Source: a virus
Length of the DNA: 64,000 nucleotides
IMG/VR virus record: IMGVR_UViG_3300042474_001633
Span: 64,001 to 128,000 of that record
Direction: 5' to 3' (one strand)
Shown here: in pieces, positions 49,567-59,308 of the stretch
Numbering within the stretch: position 1 is the stretch's first letter
How the letters are laid out: each line of letters starts with the position of its first letter
Position numbers and translations under genes: made by a program
Notes under the pieces: generated by a model
What the model saw: the letters and a program-made list of their open reading frames with translations, nothing else
Told to the model about the DNA's origin: nothing
Database searches by the model: none

Positions 49567-49968
49567 TTATCGGTTATCGCCACTTCCAGCAATCACGTTT
49601 CGTTCTAGCCTGCTTTGCAGCTTCTCTATATTCTGGGCAAGAACATCGCTCATCTTGACACCGACATGACTGGCAAGCATTGCGGCATACCAAATGACAT
49701 CACCAATCTCTGCTGCAATCGCGCTCTTGTCTTCGTCAGAGAATATTCCGTCTTTGTCTCGTATGACTTTTTTAACCTTGCTCGCTATCTCGCCGGATTC
49801 TGACGTAATGCCGAGAGAAAGATATTCCCATGCTTTGTCTTGTGGGAATTGGGCAAACTTTCCAGCCAAGCTCTGATACGTGTCGATGCTGTCTCTCTTC
49901 TTGTCTTCGATTGTCTTTCGAGCAAGGGCTAGCGCTTCGGAATCTTCATTTGGTGTTGACATTTGCAA
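49567..49968 (-). CDS. MazG-like NTP pyrophosphohydrolase
   Basis: ESGEIA..KK..EIGDVIWY..NIEKL.SR..GSGDNR. Confidence 0.88.
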   Translation of the reverse strand: MQMSTPNEDSEALALARKTIEDKKRDSIDTYQSLAGKFAQFPQDKAWEYLSLGITSESGEIASKVKKVIRDKDGIFSDEDKSAIAAEIGDVIWYAAMLASHVGVKMSDVLAQNIEKLQSRLERNVIAGSGDNR

Positions 49969-50019
49969 TTGCCTCCTGTATTTTAGATTTTGCTACACAC
50001 TACAAGGGGGTACTCACCT

Positions 50020-50436
50020 ATGCAAACATTCGTTCCGTATCAATCTTTCGAGCAATCAGCGGCGTGTCTTGATTATCGCCGCCTAGGCAAGCAAAGAGTT
50101 GAAACACTGCAGATTCTCAACAGTCTGACCAAGCCCGGTTACGGGTGGTCAAATCATCCCGCTACCAAGATGTGGGTAGGTCATGAAGCGGGTCTTTGTG
50201 CCTATGGGCTGGCTATCTGTGCCGACTGGATTAGTCGTGGCTACAAGGACACCTGCGCCGAGAAAATGCTTGCAATTGTGACTCCAGACACATCTGATTT
50301 GCCTACCTGGTGGGGAGATGAAAAAATTCACGCTAGCCACCGTGCTAATTTGCTTCGAAAGTTACCGGAGCACTATGCTCAATTTGGATGGACAGAAAAC
50401 CCGGAAATGCCCTACGTTTGGCCTCGATTGGCTTAA
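50020..50436 (+). CDS. pyrimidine-dimer DNA glycosylase-like (MSMEG_6728 family)
   Basis: MQTF.PY..LD.RRLGKQRVE..HPA..MW..HASH..NLLRK..Y..YVWP. Confidence 0.88.
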   Translation: MQTFVPYQSFEQSAACLDYRRLGKQRVETLQILNSLTKPGYGWSNHPATKMWVGHEAGLCAYGLAICADWISRGYKDTCAEKMLAIVTPDTSDLPTWWGDEKIHASHRANLLRKLPEHYAQFGWTENPEMPYVWPRLA

Positions 50437-50525
50437 TAATTATTATGGCAACCTTAAGCTTCTACGTTGCCCTGGTTGTCGCGTCCCTCAAAAATACCTA
50501 CAAACGAATACGCGGCTAATCACTA

Positions 50526-50598
50526 GGGCTAGTAGCTCAGTGGTTAGAGCAGCACTCTTATAAAGTGTTGGTCGCGGGTTCAATTCCCGTCTAGCCCA
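50526..50598 (+). tRNA. tRNA-Ile(TAT)
   Basis: GGGCTAG/CTAGCCC acceptor stem, TAGCTCAGTGG D arm, anticodon loop CTTATAA, GTTCAA T loop. Confidence 0.9.
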
Positions 50599-50609
50599 CA
50601 AAGGAATGT

Positions 50610-50894
50610 ATGAATAACACCGTTGACGAAGTAACACAAGTACTCATGGAGGAATACTTTGGTATTGGCTCCACGCCAGAAACAGCGCTTGATTCCCTTG
50701 CGGATGACATGGCCCAGAATCGCATTGACATTGGGGTATTTGACTGCACTCCGTTCGAGTTCATGCAGGCGGTCGGCAATGTCTTAAAGCGAATCCACGC
50801 CGGCAATAAGCACGAAACAGCCCACTGGCAACAAGAAGTGCTTGCTGCCCATAACAAACCGGAGGAAGAAGATTGGTGGTTTGCAATTCGATGA
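50610..50894 (+). CDS. hypothetical protein
   Basis: AAGGA RBS. Confidence 0.6.
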   Translation: MNNTVDEVTQVLMEEYFGIGSTPETALDSLADDMAQNRIDIGVFDCTPFEFMQAVGNVLKRIHAGNKHETAHWQQEVLAAHNKPEEEDWWFAIR

Positions 50895-50977
50895 AACTAA
50901 TCGCTAAAATCACTGGTCGCATAGCTCTTCTTGTGATTATGTTCTCCATAATCACATGGCATATCTCGGGGTGAAAC

Positions 50978-51400
50978 ATGAATGAATTACAGCTGCAGAT
51001 AGAAGAACTCAAGAAAAAGATAGCTCCGGGATACTGGAAGGCAATAGATGTTGATGAGGGCTGGTATCAGCTGGTCGTAGATTGCGATAAAGAACTAACC
51101 AGAGTGGACCCGAACTACCAGATTTACCAAGTCAAGGAAAAGTTTGGCGGCCTTCGCTTCTACACAAAGCCATCAAATATGGATGACAAACATACACTGA
51201 TACAAATCAGTAATATCATCTCCAAATACGAAGATATCGCATGGAAAACGTGTAGTGCCACAGGCAAACCGGGTGTTCTTATGAAGTCAATCGGTGGATG
51301 GTTCAAGACGCTTAATCCCGAATATGCCGCCAATACACTTCATTATGCGAAATATTCGATAGTTGGAAAAATTCAAATAAAAATGGAAGATTCTCTTTAG
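50978..51400 (+). CDS. conserved phage hypothetical (QVKEKFGGLRFY motif)
   Basis: GWY..QVKEKFGGLRFY..C..G.PG. Confidence 0.75.
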   Translation: MNELQLQIEELKKKIAPGYWKAIDVDEGWYQLVVDCDKELTRVDPNYQIYQVKEKFGGLRFYTKPSNMDDKHTLIQISNIISKYEDIAWKTCSATGKPGVLMKSIGGWFKTLNPEYAANTLHYAKYSIVGKIQIKMEDSL

Positions 51401-51402
51401 CA

Positions 51403-51768
<366 letters not shown>

Positions 51769-51808
51769 ACAATAGATATCATGGGAGCTATGAAAAAGAT
51801 AAGCAGCA

Positions 51809-52009
51809 ATGTCTAACTTTACAAAAGCGGAAATCAAAGCGTTATTCGCAGAACTAGAGAAGCTAACTACCAATATGGACATACCGATATTCAGACGGAC
51901 AGATGCGGCGTGGCTTCTCCGTAATGCTTCGATAAACAACGAGGACCACAAGAATTTGCAAAAGGTGCTAAAAATTGCCAAGATACTTGCAGGGGAAAAC
52001 AATGGATAA
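51809..52009 (+). CDS. hypothetical protein
   Basis: Packed small ORF. Confidence 0.55.
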   Translation: MSNFTKAEIKALFAELEKLTTNMDIPIFRRTDAAWLLRNASINNEDHKNLQKVLKIAKILAGENNG

Positions 52010-52241
52010 CTTTGACGATTGGATGGCACACGGAATCAAAATGGGTTGGGCTGGTCCACCGGTGTGCTACACACACGATGGTCTGCCAATGTCCGAAGAA
52101 GAGGATGAAGAGTTTCAAGAAGGCGACCCGTGTATTCATATCGTTCGCCTATACGAAGACCCGGAACATAAATCAGCAATTGAAAAAGACCACAGCCCTT
52201 CGCAGTGGAGAAACATTTACAAGGAGGAAGACAATGGATAA
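52002..52241 (+). CDS. conserved phage hypothetical (PVCYTHDGLP..GDPC)
   Basis: GGGG RBS; ATG at 52002. Confidence 0.65.
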   Translation: MDNFDDWMAHGIKMGWAGPPVCYTHDGLPMSEEEDEEFQEGDPCIHIVRLYEDPEHKSAIEKDHSPSQWRNIYKEEDNG

Positions 52242-52383
52242 CATCTCGGTTGAGGAAGTCAAAGAGCTTCTCGACGACATGGTCGGGCAGGGCTTTATCG
52301 AAACCATGATTGACGATGATGGCGTCGAGCGCTACAGGCTCACCGAACTCGGTCGCCTGGAAATGGCTTTTCACTCGGAATGA
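52234..52383 (+). CDS. small wHTH-like protein
   Basis: AGGAGG RBS; GFIE..YRLTELG. Confidence 0.55.
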   Translation: MDNISVEEVKELLDDMVGQGFIETMIDDDGVERYRLTELGRLEMAFHSE

Positions 52384-52712
52384 GCGTTAAATGCTCAGCG
52401 TGTGGAAATGATGTGGATGGAGAATCCGTCAATCATCATCTTCCGGATGTGGGTTTTGTTTTGCCATATCAAGAGTTCGGTTACTACGGCGGGTTTACGG
52501 ACACATTCGATGACTACTACGAAAAGCCACGTGAATGGCTTATGTGTCACGACTGTGTCGTCAAGCTGCTGGAAACCTTCCCGCTTCTCGCTCAGACAAT
52601 CCCTCGTGGTGAACATCCATGCGACAAAGAGATTCCATGTTGCAACTGGGCTTGGCGTAGTCATGAAGACGGATTGCAATTCGGCAAAGATGGCCAATGG
52701 GTAAATGACTAG
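52380..52712 (+). CDS. Cys-rich hypothetical protein
   Basis: CSAC..GYYGGF.D..CHDC. Confidence 0.6.
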   Translation: MSVKCSACGNDVDGESVNHHLPDVGFVLPYQEFGYYGGFTDTFDDYYEKPREWLMCHDCVVKLLETFPLLAQTIPRGEHPCDKEIPCCNWAWRSHEDGLQFGKDGQWVND

Positions 52713-53826
52713 GCAGCGACTATTCCTGGATATCAACTGCTTGGAAGCAGCCAGACAGCGAATACGGCACGTCTACGACACCTTTGACACTGTCTGCGTA
52801 CAGTTCTCCGGGGGCAAGGATTCCACTGCAGTCCTATACCTTGCCAAGGAGATACATGACGAACGAGGCCTGGGGCCGGTAAAGGTCATCTTCCGCGATG
52901 AGGAGATGGTTAGCCCGATGGTTCTGGATTTCGTAGAGAAAGTCCGCAACTACGACTGGGTGGAAATGGAGTGGTATTGCCTCCCAGCAAGCGCAGAGGT
53001 CTGGGTACTGGGCCGAAGGGAGTATTGCCTCCTCTGGAGCCCTTACAGAGCGTCTCAGGGCCGTCTAACGCGTGATATGCCCTCATGGGCTATCCGTGCA
53101 GAGCACTTCGGCTTGGACCCCTCTGAGCCCATCCCAGAGCCATACGACTACTATATGATGCAAGGCAAGGTGGGTCGCACAGCGTTCATCACGGGCGTCC
53201 GCGCGAATGAGTCCATGATGCGTTATCGCTCCCTTGTCCAGAAGTTACATGAAAACTACATCGTGACGCCGTACCGCCTAAAACGCTCCATCCCGCTTCG
53301 CTTTGCAAAGGTCATTTACGACTGGACTACCGATGATGTCCTCAAGTTCATATCTGAAGAACACAATGCCGAATACTGCGAGTACTACGACGCTGCGGCT
53401 CTTACCGGTTCCAATACGCGCGTAGGCATACCGCTCCACTCTGTAGCGATTCGTCGCCTCGGTGATGTGGTTGCTACGGAGCCGGAGTTCTATGACCAGC
53501 TTTACCGTTGTTGGCCACATATCGATGCTCAGCGCCGTATTTGGGCGGACTTTGACTTGGAGAAGTACATCATGCAGTATGCAGATGACGGGTGGGACGG
53601 TGTGCGCCGTTGTCTAGAAGAAAATATTGTTACTCCAGGTTTGAACACTCGGGCAAAAGCGTACTGCGCGGAGTTCCGTCGCAAGCACGCCAAAGACCCG
53701 CGGTCTTACCCAATTCACTGGTTGATACGAAACCTCCTTATTAGCGAATTTGCGAGTCGAGCAGTAACCCCAATTGGTCCGGGTACACGTGCGTACACGA
53801 TTCAGCAGGAGATAGAAGCGGAATGA
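52705..53826 (+). CDS. PAPS-reductase/PP-loop family protein (IbrA-like)
   Basis: QFSGGKDS, GVRANES..R and IYDW..DV. Confidence 0.85.
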   Translation: MTRQRLFLDINCLEAARQRIRHVYDTFDTVCVQFSGGKDSTAVLYLAKEIHDERGLGPVKVIFRDEEMVSPMVLDFVEKVRNYDWVEMEWYCLPASAEVWVLGRREYCLLWSPYRASQGRLTRDMPSWAIRAEHFGLDPSEPIPEPYDYYMMQGKVGRTAFITGVRANESMMRYRSLVQKLHENYIVTPYRLKRSIPLRFAKVIYDWTTDDVLKFISEEHNAEYCEYYDAAALTGSNTRVGIPLHSVAIRRLGDVVATEPEFYDQLYRCWPHIDAQRRIWADFDLEKYIMQYADDGWDGVRRCLEENIVTPGLNTRAKAYCAEFRRKHAKDPRSYPIHWLIRNLLISEFASRAVTPIGPGTRAYTIQQEIEAE

Positions 53827-53992
53827 GGGATTTCGAAGAATTAGACGGTGATGAACTTGATTACTGGCTGGAGATGGCAACTGAATATCTTGTGGCACAT
53901 AACATAATTCCGTTGAGCGACGAAGTGTGGGCTACGGATAAGTACATGGATAAGATTTACGCAAAAGCAAACGAGCTATGGGATGATGAGCA

Positions 53993-54178
53993 GTGACAAC
54001 GAGGGACACCTACGATTTGGAGCAAGCAGAACTGCTCGACTCTTTTGAGCGCATGAAGGAAGTTTGGCAAGAAACCGCAAAACAGCATGCGGCGATTCAG
54101 GTAAGTTTCTGGAAAGAGCTTGAAGACTTTAAGGCTTGGTGGGAACTTGAGAAGATTTCTTCTTTGCCCGAGGCTTAA
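53993..54178 (+). CDS. hypothetical protein
   Basis: Short ORF. Confidence 0.4.
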   Translation: MTTRDTYDLEQAELLDSFERMKEVWQETAKQHAAIQVSFWKELEDFKAWWELEKISSLPEA

Positions 54179-54293
54179 TACCAAGAGCGTTGTCACACCT
54201 TGCGATTTCTTTATCCAGAGCAATAATCTCTTTGTGTATTTGCGCTAACTCTTTCTCAAGCTGAGCAATTTCTGCATCTAGGTCTTTTGGCAT
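54129..54293 (-). CDS. small coiled-coil protein
   Basis: MPKDLDAEIAQLEKEL heptads. Confidence 0.45.
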   Translation of the reverse strand: MPKDLDAEIAQLEKELAQIHKEIIALDKEIARCDNALGIKPRAKKKSSQVPTKP

Positions 54294-54300
54294 AACTGCA

Positions 54301-54756
54301 TCATACATCGAACACGTTGCTCTGAGGAAAAGCAATCCTTCTTGCTGATTCCGGGTCAAGGTATACCAAAACGTACAAGAGATTCATGCCCTCTCCTTCA
54401 TCACCCATCACAACATCGATAGTCTCCGGAGAAACTGCCAATGCATTCGCTAGGCCGGCACGTATAAAGCCAATCTCCTGTTCTGTCTGAGCAATGTCTT
54501 CTGCAATGTCGTCAATCCACGGCACCTCAATGGGCGGGTCAATTATTGTTGGTCGCGCCAAACTACTGAGCATCGATTCTGCTAACCCGGCTTTCACGCA
54601 ATCAAGGCAAGCAATCTTTTTGGTTGATGCGGCGCGTTTGCGTATCTCCTTGTGACCGCAATCGAGCTTATGTATGTACTGAACCTTGCTCCACTCACCG
54701 GTCTTGATTATCTCAACCACGGAGCGCTGTGGAGCGCTCTTACGGTTACTGCTCAT
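54301..54756 (-). CDS. hypothetical protein (LDCGH..CLDC Zn site)
   Basis: Packed operon. Confidence 0.6.
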   Translation of the reverse strand: MSSNRKSAPQRSVVEIIKTGEWSKVQYIHKLDCGHKEIRKRAASTKKIACLDCVKAGLAESMLSSLARPTIIDPPIEVPWIDDIAEDIAQTEQEIGFIRAGLANALAVSPETIDVVMGDEGEGMNLLYVLVYLDPESARRIAFPQSNVFDV

Positions 54757-55048
54757 TGAGGATTTGGTCTACGAACGCATCAAGATGAAGCTGTTCAACG
54801 ATGTCGACAACACTCATGTTCTTGCCGTTTGGGAGCTCCACATAGGTTTTGCACAGTTGGTCAAACACATGGTCCTCGGTAAGCAGCTCCGTTGAACTTG
54901 CGGCAACAACGAATGTCTGTATTGCCTGTTTGCAGGCCGGCACGAACTCGACGGAAACGGGCGGGTAGTGGTTGCTCGTTAGATGCCACTCAAGGGCCTG
55001 TTCTAGTTCGGCATATTGCGCTGCGTCGTAAGCGTTTAGATATCCCAT
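54746..55048 (-). CDS. conserved phage hypothetical (WHLTSNHYPPV..HLDAF)
   Basis: TAATG coupling to the helicase. Confidence 0.7.
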   Translation of the reverse strand: MGYLNAYDAAQYAELEQALEWHLTSNHYPPVSVEFVPACKQAIQTFVVAASSTELLTEDHVFDQLCKTYVELPNGKNMSVVDIVEQLHLDAFVDQILNEQ

Positions 55049-56976
55049 TATTGCTCACCGATTCCTTCCTTTAAGAAGTCCAATACTATCTGCTGTGCGC
55101 TTGCGGTTTCATTAATCTCAGTGCCCTCCGTTGCCGCGTTGACAACCGAGCGTTTTGAATCAATTAAGTCGAATATCTCTTGGTCTATTGTTCCGTTGGC
55201 AATCATGTAAGTTGCCATTACAGAGCCTTTCTGACCGAGCCGGTGACAACGGCTGTATGTTTGGTCTACGTCCGCGGGCGTCCACGGTAACTCCACAAAC
55301 AAAACATCTTGTGCTGCGGTAAGAGTGTGTCCGGTCTTTGCGGCCTGCATGGAGAGAACAATCACCGGAGCCTCATCGATGCTTCCTGTTTGGAATTTGG
55401 CTTTATGTTCCTGAACGTCCTCTACGGACATTCCGCCTTGAATCTTTAGCCCGCAATAGTGGTCGGCAATCATGTCCACGATTTCTCTGTGGTGAGCCGC
55501 GACAACAACCTTGTCTCCGGATGCAATCTTGCCGTCAATCCATTCGAATACCGACTCCATCTTGGCTTTCGCGGCTAGACGGCGTAGTACCGATATCCGA
55601 ACAAGGTGTTCGTTGGCTTCTGCACGAATCTTTGCGTGTACTGCGGCGTTCCAGATTGATGTACCCATCTCGAGGGCGACTTCTTTGGCTCGTCGGGTGA
55701 TGTACTCGATAATGTCACGACGCGCTTGTTCATACTCTTTCATGCCTGCCGCAGAACCCGACACAACAACCTTGGAGTGGCGAACTGCGGGCAGGTCCAA
55801 AAGCACTTGGTCTTTGGTTCTACGGATGTAACATGTTGCACGGAGAGCGTCGTTCAGCTCTTCTAGGTTTGTCGCGCCATCTATATGCCACTGTCCAAAC
55901 CGGTCACGGAATGCGCCACAGTACCGTCGGTAGAAACCCCAAAGTCCGCCAAATTTATTTAGTTGTCCGAGAATGTCGAGTTGCGGTCCAAACTCGGCTG
56001 GCCTATTTGTTATCGGCGTGCCGGTAAGACACAGTACAAGTCCATCCTTATCGGCTGAGCGCGCCATCTTGATGGCTGACTTTGTTCGCTTTGCGGTCGG
56101 TGTCTTTGCATAATGCGATTCGTCGAATACGTAACTCGTGAATCCGGTTAGCGACTTAACCCAGTGGTCGATGTTTGAATACCCGACAACAATTACATCA
56201 AACTTGTTTCGGTCGGGAAACTCTGAACGATTGGCTACGGTACCAACGCTACGGTGTGGAAGCCACTTATTGAATTCATCGCGCCAGTTAAGGACAAGTC
56301 CGGGTGGACACACGATGACCGCCGGGAAAGCATCCGCGTACTCAAGTGCTGCAATTGCCTGGATTGTCTTACCTAGCCCCATGTCGTCGGCAATAAATGC
56401 ACGTTTTGCGTTTGTCGCGTAAAGCACGCCGGCTTTTTGATACGGGAGAAGCTCGCCATTGAGCGAAGGTAAATCCAGCTCTGCAGAAGTCGATTTTGCG
56501 GCTGCTATCGACTCCGTCCGCGCGGCTTCTATCTGTGTTGCCATTTCGCTTATTTCACTTGGGACTTCATACCCAAAGGATTCCGCGAAACCGATTACAG
56601 AACGTACTGCGGTTAATGGAGCCTTCCATGCTTTTGACTCGGCGTCCCACGTAACTCCCGGTACTCCTTTTACTGCTCGAACGCGTACTGGGTCGTAGCT
56701 AAAGCTCATGAACAACCAATCGTCCAAGTGGTAAACACCAGTTCTTTGAACCGTTTTATCGGGAAGCGTAAAAGTCAGCACGTCGTTGTCAATGTGAAAG
56801 TTGTGTTTGCTGGCGAAATCGCGTGCTTGCTGGAGACTTGACATCGGAACTCGCCACACACGGCTTACCTTGTCCCACTTTGCGCCGTCAATCTTCTTGA
56901 TTTCTGTGACCTGCGCCGCGTCATACGGAAAGTCAAACACCAAATGGTCGTTGGAGAGGGCGAGTGTTTCGGGCAT
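55048..56976 (-). CDS. SNF2-family helicase with two N-terminal HARP-like repeats
   Basis: ADDMGLGKT, DESH, LTGTP and R.HR.GQ motifs. Start moved to 56976 because TTGTAT-N17-TATCAT (57012-56984) gives a leaderless ATG. Confidence 0.9.
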   Translation of the reverse strand: MPETLALSNDHLVFDFPYDAAQVTEIKKIDGAKWDKVSRVWRVPMSSLQQARDFASKHNFHIDNDVLTFTLPDKTVQRTGVYHLDDWLFMSFSYDPVRVRAVKGVPGVTWDAESKAWKAPLTAVRSVIGFAESFGYEVPSEISEMATQIEAARTESIAAAKSTSAELDLPSLNGELLPYQKAGVLYATNAKRAFIADDMGLGKTIQAIAALEYADAFPAVIVCPPGLVLNWRDEFNKWLPHRSVGTVANRSEFPDRNKFDVIVVGYSNIDHWVKSLTGFTSYVFDESHYAKTPTAKRTKSAIKMARSADKDGLVLCLTGTPITNRPAEFGPQLDILGQLNKFGGLWGFYRRYCGAFRDRFGQWHIDGATNLEELNDALRATCYIRRTKDQVLLDLPAVRHSKVVVSGSAAGMKEYEQARRDIIEYITRRAKEVALEMGTSIWNAAVHAKIRAEANEHLVRISVLRRLAAKAKMESVFEWIDGKIASGDKVVVAAHHREIVDMIADHYCGLKIQGGMSVEDVQEHKAKFQTGSIDEAPVIVLSMQAAKTGHTLTAAQDVLFVELPWTPADVDQTYSRCHRLGQKGSVMATYMIANGTIDQEIFDLIDSKRSVVNAATEGTEINETASAQQIVLDFLKEGIGEQ

Positions 56977-57082
56977 CAACGTCATGATACAACTTGCGGG
57001 GCTCGAATACAAAGCCCGAAAACCAGATGTTGTTGCGCTGAGTTCTTCGGACTGACACGAGGCGACCTGAGCGAACGCAAAC

Positions 57083-57117
57083 AAAAAGCCCGCCTGCGGG
57101 GGGCGCAAGCGGGCTTC
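57083..57117 (-). terminator. intrinsic terminator
   Basis: AAGCCCGC/GCGGGCTT stem with a U tract on the minus strand. Confidence 0.75.
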
Positions 57118-57139
57118 TTGTTTTCTTTTGTTGGCTGTT

Positions 57140-57193
57140 TTATGCGACCATTATTGCGAGAAAAATCATGGTACAAACTACGGTATACGACAC
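57140..57193 (-). CDS. 17-aa hydrophobic micropeptide MSYTVVCTMIFLAIMVA
   Basis: Own TTGACA-N17-TACTAT promoter (57252-57224), GGGAG RBS and downstream terminator. Confidence 0.45.
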   Translation of the reverse strand: MSYTVVCTMIFLAIMVA

Positions 57194-57357
57194 GCTAACT
57201 CCCTTCTTGTAGTGGTCAAAACGATAGTAGCCACTTACTTAGTAGTTGTCAAGCATTGACCTTCGTCACAGACACGAACACACAAGTGTGCCAATAGTCA
57301 CAAAAGTATGTTATCGGTATGGTTCCGAGACTTACTCATCCGTATCGGTCTTGGCTG

Positions 57358-57603
57358 TTAGAGCGAGTCTGAACGAGTCAGCACTGTATCGGATGACTCA
57401 CGGGTCAGTTCGTATCCGAGCGAGTAGCAGCGTGAGCAGACATCACTTAAAGCACCTACCAGCGCATCAGTTTTTTCCTCTGTCCATGTTGATTCGGCTG
57501 CTTCGGCTTCGGCTGCCTCCACTAGGGCTATCAGTCGGCTTAGAACAAGTTTGACTTCGCTTGCTCGCTTCGTCAGTTTCGTAATGTCGGTTTTTGTTGT
57601 CAT
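57358..57603 (-). CDS. hypothetical protein (cassette gene)
   Basis: Leaderless TTGACA-N17-TAGTAT-N6-ATG (57638-57610). Confidence 0.7.
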   Translation of the reverse strand: MTTKTDITKLTKRASEVKLVLSRLIALVEAAEAEAAESTWTEEKTDALVGALSDVCSRCYSLGYELTRESSDTVLTRSDSL

Positions 57604-57903
57604 GTGTCAATACTAGGGGCATTTATCGCCCATGTCAAGTTCTAGACTGTGCAGTTAGACACACCCACCTGACCACCCACCCGTCTGACTTGCCGCCATC
57701 GTCACAGAAGCGGACAAGCAAGCAAGTCCCTCGAAGAACTCCTCGAGCTGGCGGCCGGCCCTCGAGAGCTGGTTGTTTTGACGGGGCTCTAACCTGCCAC
57801 GAGACATCTAGTTGCGACGGTGGCGGATGACGGACGTGAACGGGTACAGCAGAAAGCCCCACCTGCCGTTGGGCAAGTAGGGCTTTCTTGGGGGTCGTTG
57901 TGA

Positions 57904-58146
57904 TTATTGTGCTTGCTTTATTGCTTCGGACGCATCAAGAATGGCATTTTCCATTACTTTATGCGTAGCCGTTGCGAACAATTCGGCGAGCGTTGCTGGC
58001 AAAGTGACTAGGTACTTTAGGATTTCTACCTGCTCATCTTTCAGCAATAGTTCTGTAGTGTCGTTGCTAATTTGCTCAAGCATTTCGGCAATAGACATAC
58101 ACTCGTCCGCTATCTCTGTAAGCGTTTCTGCTGGCGTTTGGCTCAT
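57904..58146 (-). CDS. hypothetical protein (cassette gene)
   Basis: TTGACG-N18-TACAAT promoter (58197-58168), GGGGG RBS, terminator at 57853-57885. Confidence 0.7.
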   Translation of the reverse strand: MSQTPAETLTEIADECMSIAEMLEQISNDTTELLLKDEQVEILKYLVTLPATLAELFATATHKVMENAILDASEAIKQAQ

Positions 58147-58207
58147 TTTCCCCCCTTTCTGATACCTATTGTATGGGGCACAAGTACCCCACGTCAAGTT
58201 TATTTCA

Positions 58208-58359
58208 CGTGACATTGGGCACACGCTATTTGTGTCGGGCGTCACACTTGCGTTTGATGTGTCGGCGGTCACGTCCTGCGTGTCGGGCGTCACACAGCCC
58301 TACTATGTGCCGGCAGTCACACTACGTGTCGGGCGTCACACTACGTGTCGGCGGTCACA
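58208..58359. promoter_or_regulatory. tandem array of seven CRP-like YGTGN-N6-TCACR boxes
   Basis: Boxes at 58208, 58231, 58258, 58279, 58306, 58325 and 58344. Confidence 0.65.
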
Positions 58360-58363
58360 CCGG

Positions 58364-58377
58364 CGAACAAGTGTTCG
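58364..58377. promoter_or_regulatory. LexA (SOS) box, Gram-positive/actinobacterial type
   Basis: CGAAC-AAGT-GTTCG. Confidence 0.55.
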
Positions 58378-58811
58378 GTCAGCAGCGAAACCGGAGAAAT
58401 TTTCCGCCGCCGGCTTCCGGTTCGCCTTCGCGGGGACATCGCAATAGCGGGGCTGCGATGTCCCCGACGACTTCTTCTGACGGTGGCGGATGACGAAGGA
58501 ACTGAGTTGCTGAAGCAGTTTTGGATACACGAAGTCGGCTTTGATGTCGGGAAGCAAACATCCAAGTCAGGTTGTTGGAAACTTTCTTGACAAACCGCAT
58601 CTCACTTGCTAACACGGAACGTGCGAGGAACTCTGATGGCGTCAAACACGAGAGTCCCGCCAAAACCAGAACCAAACCAAAAACCACGAGTGGCTGGGTG
58701 TTCTTGGGCAACAAAAAACCCGCCCTTTTGGGCGGGCTAGTTGATTTTTACCCTGCTAGTAGAACTAAAAGGCAAAAAAAGATTACATAAGTTGTGGCTT
58801 GGGACAAAACA

Positions 58812-58925
58812 TCACCCCCAATTCTCCTTTTTCCATTTTTCCCACTCTTGTTGCTTTCGCTCTATGTAGTCACCGAGCGGTATTGCGATAAGAATTGAGA
58901 CGGCGATTATTTGATGTATCTTCAC
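58812..58925 (-). CDS. 37-aa membrane-anchored micropeptide (cassette gene)
   Basis: TTGACT-N17-TACTCT promoter (58983-58955), GGGGGTG RBS, terminator at 58713-58737. Confidence 0.5.
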   Translation of the reverse strand: MKIHQIIAVSILIAIPLGDYIERKQQEWEKWKKENWG

Positions 58926-59308
58926 TTCACCCCCTTTACTTTTCTATTTAGTAAAGAGTAGTAAGTGGTACGCAGATAGTCAAGCACTCACACGCACTTC
59001 TGTCAAGTTACTACCAAAGTCATGCGTCACAGGCTTTGACCACCAAGAAAGTTGACAACAGGTCGGGTCTAGCCGTTCATGTGTTCGCAATTGACGACAT
59101 CACGAGTTCTTCGCCTGGGACTGAGGACACCCCCGTTTGGTAGCGGGGCTGCCAGACGGGGGTCATCTTCTACCGACGGTGGGGCATGAGTCCCTTCCGT
59201 TCGACCTGATGAACACCTGTGGGCGAACACCTGTTTGTTCCAACCGATGTGACGAACTTCATGCCGTACAAGTTGCTTTTTGTCCCATCTACGGGCTAGC
59301 GTGTTGCT

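Noticed and set aside
56977-57108. N-terminal 44 aa of the SNF2 ORF in the track
   Set aside because: It overlaps a terminator and a promoter; a leaderless start at 56976 fits better.
58147-58293. Track extension of ORF 57904..58293
   Set aside because: It runs through the promoter and CRP-like box array; the RBS supports ATG at 58146.
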